The translations under genes were made by a program, and so were the position numbers. DNA of 64,000 nt, from contig NC_068981.1 of the NCBI RefSeq assembly GCF_001194135.2, positions 4,823,417 through 4,887,416 on the forward strand, given 5' to 3'. The notes under the pieces are model-generated. The model was not told where the DNA came from, made no database searches, and saw nothing but the letters and a program-made list of their open reading frames with translations. Shown one piece after another: positions 59,089 to 64,000 of this stretch. Each line of letters begins with the position of its first letter. The first letter of the stretch is position 1. The stretch is from Octopus bimaculoides. Taxonomy: Eukaryota.

Positions 59089-60713
59089 CAGGGTGCGTAT
59101 GCTATTTGAGAACTCTCTTTACTCTTTTACTTGTTTCAGTCATTTGACTGTGGCCATGCTGGAGCACCACCTTTAGTTGAGCAAATCGACCCCAGGACTT
59201 ATTCTTTGTAAGCCTAGTTCTTATTCTATCGGTCTCTTTTGCCGAACTGCTAAGTGACGGAGACATAAACACACCAGCATCTGTTGTCAAGCAATGCTAG
59301 GGGGACAAACACAGACACACAAACACACACACACATATATATATATATACATATATGTGACAGGCTTCTTTCAGTTTCCGTCTACCAAATCCACTCACAA
59401 GGCTTTGGTTGGCCCAAGGCTATAGTAGAAGACACTTACCCAAGATGTCATGCAGTGGGACTGAACCCAGAACCATGTGGCTGGTAAGCAAGCTAGTTAC
59501 CACACAGCCACTCCTGTGCCTGATAATGTGATATTTTTTAGTTATTATTGTGTTTAAATTAACTTTATGTCATGAACGTTTCAGAAAATAATAACAGCAG
59601 ACACCCAGCTTACTCAATGAATGAAGAGGCATGCAGTAATTTTGGCCTGAAAGACTGAGCACAGCAATTTGGAGATAGGTCAGTTTTTAAAAGTTGCCAG
59701 ATCTTTTGTCTACAAAGTTCACAAGGAATTAGAAGTCTCAAATGGAAAAGTATCACCAGTATTGAAACACAAAAAGCATTCTTAATGTTCCAATACCCTT
59801 AGAACCCCCAAATTCATTTGACAAGTTCAGCAGGTCTTTGATGGAAATCCCAGAAAATCCATGAGGTCAATTGCAAAAGATCTCCATATGTCAGAAAGGA
59901 CAATCAGAAATGTTGTCCATGGAGACATCTGCCATGGGTCTTACGTGGGGAAGAGAGGTCAATTCATGTCAAAAGAAAAAAAGAAAGAAAATAAAGAATT
60001 GTTTGTTGAGATCTAAAAGGCCATTAAACAAAGTTAAAAATGGAGAATGTGACATGATTTGGTTTTTCTCAGATGAGAAAAACTTTGACCAAGACCAGAA
60101 GAAATGACAGATGGTTATGTTCAGGCCCTTCTGAAGTTCCACCTGTCATGCACACAAAATGTCCTGCAACTGTCATGGCTTTTTGAGTTGTCAGTAACGA
60201 AGGGCAGTGTGATGCCTTCTCACTTCTTTCCCCAAGGCCTTAAAGTTAACTCTCCTGGTTACATTGAGGTCCTGGAATCAGCTGTCAAGTGTGCCATCAC
60301 ATGAGGCTCATGCAACCCCAATAAAGGATGGCTAACAGTTTTTATGATCACATAACCCTTAACATTTAGCCTTCAAACTCATCAGATCTCAATCCATTCG
60401 AGCATTAAGTGTGGAGCATTGTTGAGAAAGAGGTCAGTGAACATCGCCATAACACCAACGATTCTTTGAAAGCTGCCATAGTCAAAAGAATGCCCAATAT
60501 GAACCAAGGTCATTTAATTCAGGTAAGACGATGATTCAGATCTCACATAGAAGCAGTTATTGGTGCTGAAGGTTGTTACATTAAATAACATTACAAAGAA
60601 GACAATCTAGTTTATATTTACAATTTTTTCTCATTAATAAAGATTTGCTTTCTGTTATTATATGTATTTTTTTCTAAAAAACAAATTTGTCTTCAAATAC
60701 CTTACACGCCCTG
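59089..60713 (+). mobile_element. Decayed maT/DD37D-like Tc1/mariner element
   Basis: TA|CAGGGTGCGTATGCTATTTGA ... TCAAATACCTTACACGCCCTG|TA. Transposase pieces: NPRKSMRSIAKDLHMSERTIRNVVH, IWFFSDEKNFDQDQK, HFFPQGLKVNS.GYIEVLE, NSSDLNP, EAVIGAEG. Confidence 0.85.
59113..59521 (-). mobile_element. SINE family A, full length, nested in the maT element
   Basis: Tail CTCTTTTACTCTTTTAC through head ...CCACACAGCCACTCCTGTGCC, located directly inside the left TIR. Confidence 0.9.
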
Positions 60714-60715
60714 TA

Positions 60716-60890
60716 CCATGGGCTTCTTTCAGTTTCCATCTTCCAAACCCACTCAACTTTTGGTCAACTTGATACTATAGCAGTAGTATAGGAGAAGACG
60801 CTTGCTCAAGATGTTACAAAGTGGGACTGAACCCCAAACCACATAGTTGGGAGTCAAACTTCTTAACCACACGGCCATGCCAGTAGATAC
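60716..60890 (-). mobile_element. SINE family A, 5' half (apparent host of the maT insertion)
   Basis: GGGCTTCTTTCAGTTTCC...GTGGGACTGAACCCC...CTTAACCACACGGCCATGCC begins right after the TA at 60714-15. Confidence 0.7.
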
Positions 60891-61009
60891 AGGAAGAAAA
60901 CCTTAGGAGAAATGATGAATCCCTGTGGTACACGTTTCCAGAAAGTACAGATGCTCAAAACGTTGGACTATAGATGTTCAAAAAGTCTCTCCACAGTGAA
61001 TTTTTTTTC

Positions 61010-61140
61010 ATCCTGCGCATCACCATGGCGCTACTTCAAGAGTTTTTCAGTGAATGGATTATTTCGAAGGGACTTTGGCCACCAAGATCACCTGATTTAA
61101 CACCACCAGACTTTTTTTTTTTTTTGCTGGGGAGCAAGTA
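61010..61140 (+). mobile_element. Tc1/mariner transposase fragment
   Basis: MALLQEFFSEWIISKGLWPPRSPDLTPPDFF contains the WPxxSPDL catalytic-region motif. Confidence 0.75.
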
Positions 61141-61779
61141 AAGGATCAGTGTAGAAGGATCATGAGAAAACCATTAAATACTTTACTGCAGAGAGACTTT
61201 CTGAATACTCTGTAGTACACAACACTGGCATAGCAACCTGCCAAGTAGTTTGGGAGGTACCATTTGGTGTCCTTTCTAAAAGTGATGTGGTGGCCATATT
61301 TTGTGTGAATCAATGGCAAGGGCACTGAATTAAAAGCTTTGTTGATGGTCCTTAGAAAGGTGTTTGTGATGGGGGTTTTTTGTCTTTGGTTTCAATTGTT
61401 ATTTATAGAAGCCATTTTATGTGATGGTGATGGTGATGGTAATAACACAGCTGCTGCTGCTGTTAATTCTAAAGATAATTAGTAATTTACTTCAATTGAC
61501 AAATAATTCAAATTAATAACAAAACGCAAGTAATTTTATTATGTTTTTTTTCTTTTAACAATTTTTTTAAATTATTATTTTGTTTAATGGAATCTAAATA
61601 TTTGGACTTCGATGATTCTTGTGTTTATAGAACTGCTGTTATCTGATGAGAGTCTGTTACGAATGTCTTGCTCCAGAATATGTCTGATCCAAATACATTA
61701 GAACCAGACACAGAATCACAACATGATTAATAACAACAACAACAACAACAATAATAATAATAATTGCTCCACCTCTAGC

Positions 61780-61958
61780 CCCTGTGCCAGTGGCACATAA
61801 AAAAGCACCCACTACACTCTCAGAGTGGTTGGCATTAGAAAGGGCATCCAGCTGTAGAAACACTGCCAAATCAGATTGGGGCCTGGTGCAGCCTCCTGGC
61901 TTCTCAGACCCCGGTCGAACCGTCCAACCCATGCTAGCATGGAAAACAGATGTTAAAC

Positions 61959-62021
<63 letters not shown>

Positions 62022-62150
62022 GGGCTGTGTGGTGAGAAGGTTGCTTCCCAACCACATGCTTGAGGGTTCTGTCCCACTGAGTGGCACCTTGGGCAAGTGT
62101 CTTCTGCTATAGCTTCAGGCTGACCAAACCCCTGTGAGTGAATTTGGTAC
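61780..62150 (+). mobile_element. RTE 3' tail with long (GAT)n, followed by a SINE family A head
   Basis: GTGGCACATAAAAAAGCACCCACTACAC...GATGTTAAACGATGATGAT, then GGCTGTGTGGTGAGAAG...CACCTTGGGCAAGTG. Confidence 0.8.
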
Positions 62151-62949
62151 AGCTGGATGCCCTTCCTAATGCCAACCACTCCGAGGATGTAGTGGGTGTC
62201 TTTTATGTGCCACCGGCTCTATTAGTATTTATTTTATCGACCCTAAAAGAATAAAAGCCAATGTCAACTTTGGCAGAATTTGAACTCAGAATGTAAAGGA
62301 CAAAATGCTGCTAAGCGTTTTTGCCTGGTATGCTAACGATTCTGCCAGTTGGCTGCCTTAGAGCCAGAAGAAACATGGTGGAGAATTTTGTCTGCTACAG
62401 TAACCATTCTGCCAAACATTCAACCAAATAGTTTAAAATATACAAAAAATTTAACCCATTTATGCTCTGAGATTTCATCTAGACTAACAAATAAAGTAAT
62501 TTACTTAAAATAGCTTCAAATTAAAAATTCTTTTCTTTTTGATTTCACGCAAAATTGAAATTTACTTGGAAAAAGAGAGAAAAAAAAGAAATTGAAAATT
62601 TTTCATATCAAATTTTTTCCTTTCTTATTTTTCAATTATTAATAGTAATTAAAAAATAACGATGTTGTTTACATTCCATTAACACCATCACCTGGTCACT
62701 GGATGTCAAGGAAAGGAATTGTCTCTGGCCAAACAGATAGAAATCCATTGTTGATGGTTCAGCTTGGCATGGGATGAGCTCCACTACAAAGCTGACTTGT
62801 CTGAGATATGAAACCAGGAAATAATTCTTCAGTTTTTCAGTGATGGATTTTGGGATTTTCCCATCAATTTTTCTTTTGAAGAAAGTAAAGGATATTAATT
62901 TCTGGCACAGAGATTGAATGGAAACACTCAGAAGATTCCATTTTCCAAG

Positions 62950-63050
62950 AGATTTAAGAAGAAAATTTCAAAACAAATTCTAGAACTTGAACCCAAGAAA
63001 ACAAACACACTATGTCAAATTCCTCTTCAAATTTATTGACTTCCATCCAA
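62950..63050 (+). mobile_element. Possible old CR1/L2-type LINE fragment
   Basis: Across a frameshift: FQEI*EENFK/KQILELEPKKTNTLCQIPLQI, resembling the pre-RT F.F..V....V...I..L..KK....IP motif. Confidence 0.3.
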
Positions 63051-63609
63051 TGTTGGAACCAGCAAAAAAGGAAAATCACAATGCAGTTAGAATATAAAAG
63101 AACGAATACATTTATGAAGCCAGGTAATAAAAATCTGAACAGTTTTTAAAACTTAATAGAAGCATCTCAGGTGAGGGAATAAGTCATAAGAGTGTGGCAA
63201 AAGTCTTTGACACTCAACACAAAATTCTAATAAAAGGCAGAGCAGCAAATGTTTTGTTTAAGGAAACTGTTGATATTGATTTCAGATGTTGGCACAAGGC
63301 CAGAAATTTCGAGAGATGTGGGCAAGTCTGTGATATCAACCCCAGTACTTGACTGGTACTTATTTAATCAACCGTGGAAAGATGGAAGGCAAAGTCCGTC
63401 TCAGTGGCACTGGAATGTGAAGTCAGAAGAAATGTCTCTCAGTATTTTTCCCATCATGCAAACAATTCTGCCAGTTTTGTCTTCTCAGGAACTGTTAATA
63501 ACGAGTCGTCTCAATTAGGACTAATTGCCTCAATTAGCATTTGGGGGAGGAGTGCTGTGTGGTGTCCTCATCATCATCATCATTGTCGTCGTCTTCAACA
63601 TCATCATCG

Positions 63610-63850
63610 CCATCATCATCGTTTACCATTCACTCGTCCATGCTTGATTGGGTTGGATGGAATTTGTGTAAGATAGATTCTCTCTGGCTAGCTGCCCTTC
63701 CCGTTGCCAAACCTCATTTGTTTTCAAGCAAGGAAATATTTCCCTGTGACCAGACATGTTTTCATGGCAGACTGGAAAAGAAGGGACACTGCTTGCATAT
63801 GACAGTAACACTCATCTGCAACTAACATGTGCAATGTGATGGCAAGGAAA
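63610..63850 (-). mobile_element. RTE-tail variant repeat (family C')
   Basis: CCATGCTTGATTGGGTTGGATGGAATTTG...GCCCTTCCCGTTGCCAAACCTC...CCAGACATGTTTTCA. Related copies lie near 33575, 36780, 49495 and 58545. Confidence 0.65.
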
Positions 63851-64000
63851 CACACACACATGTATATACACATGTACACACACACACATACACACAAACA
63901 TACATATGTGTATATACACACACATGTATACACATACACACATGTATATACACACACACATATATACACACAAATGTACATAATACACACACATGTAAAT

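Overview
AT-rich, gap-containing eukaryotic scaffold with a heavy microsatellite load. The SINE/RTE repeat inventory is what I associate with octopus, so the taxon (coleoid cephalopod, probably Octopus) is an inference, not a database result. There is one clear protein-coding gene: a single-exon 1183-aa C2H2 zinc-finger protein at 25951-29502 (+) that resembles Drosophila/C. elegans MEP-1. It has a splice acceptor at 25847 and a candidate promoter and first exon about 9.5 kb upstream (16.0-16.4 kb). Almost everything else is transposon debris: several tRNA-derived SINE families; RTE, RTE-X, L1/Tx1 and RLE-type LINE ends; Chapaev3-like, maT/mariner, hAT, piggyBac and Helitron remnants; and a solo-LTR family. 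The most interesting non-coding object is a ~500-bp palindromic element at 41866-42365. Each arm is a tRNA-like Pol III head, an (AAT)n linker and a minimal type I hammerhead ribozyme of the Penelope-like kind; the left-arm ribozyme is intact and the right-arm copy is disrupted. The window is also rich in fold-back and templated inverted duplications. All family assignments come from motif recognition by eye, and repeat boundaries without a TSD are approximate.
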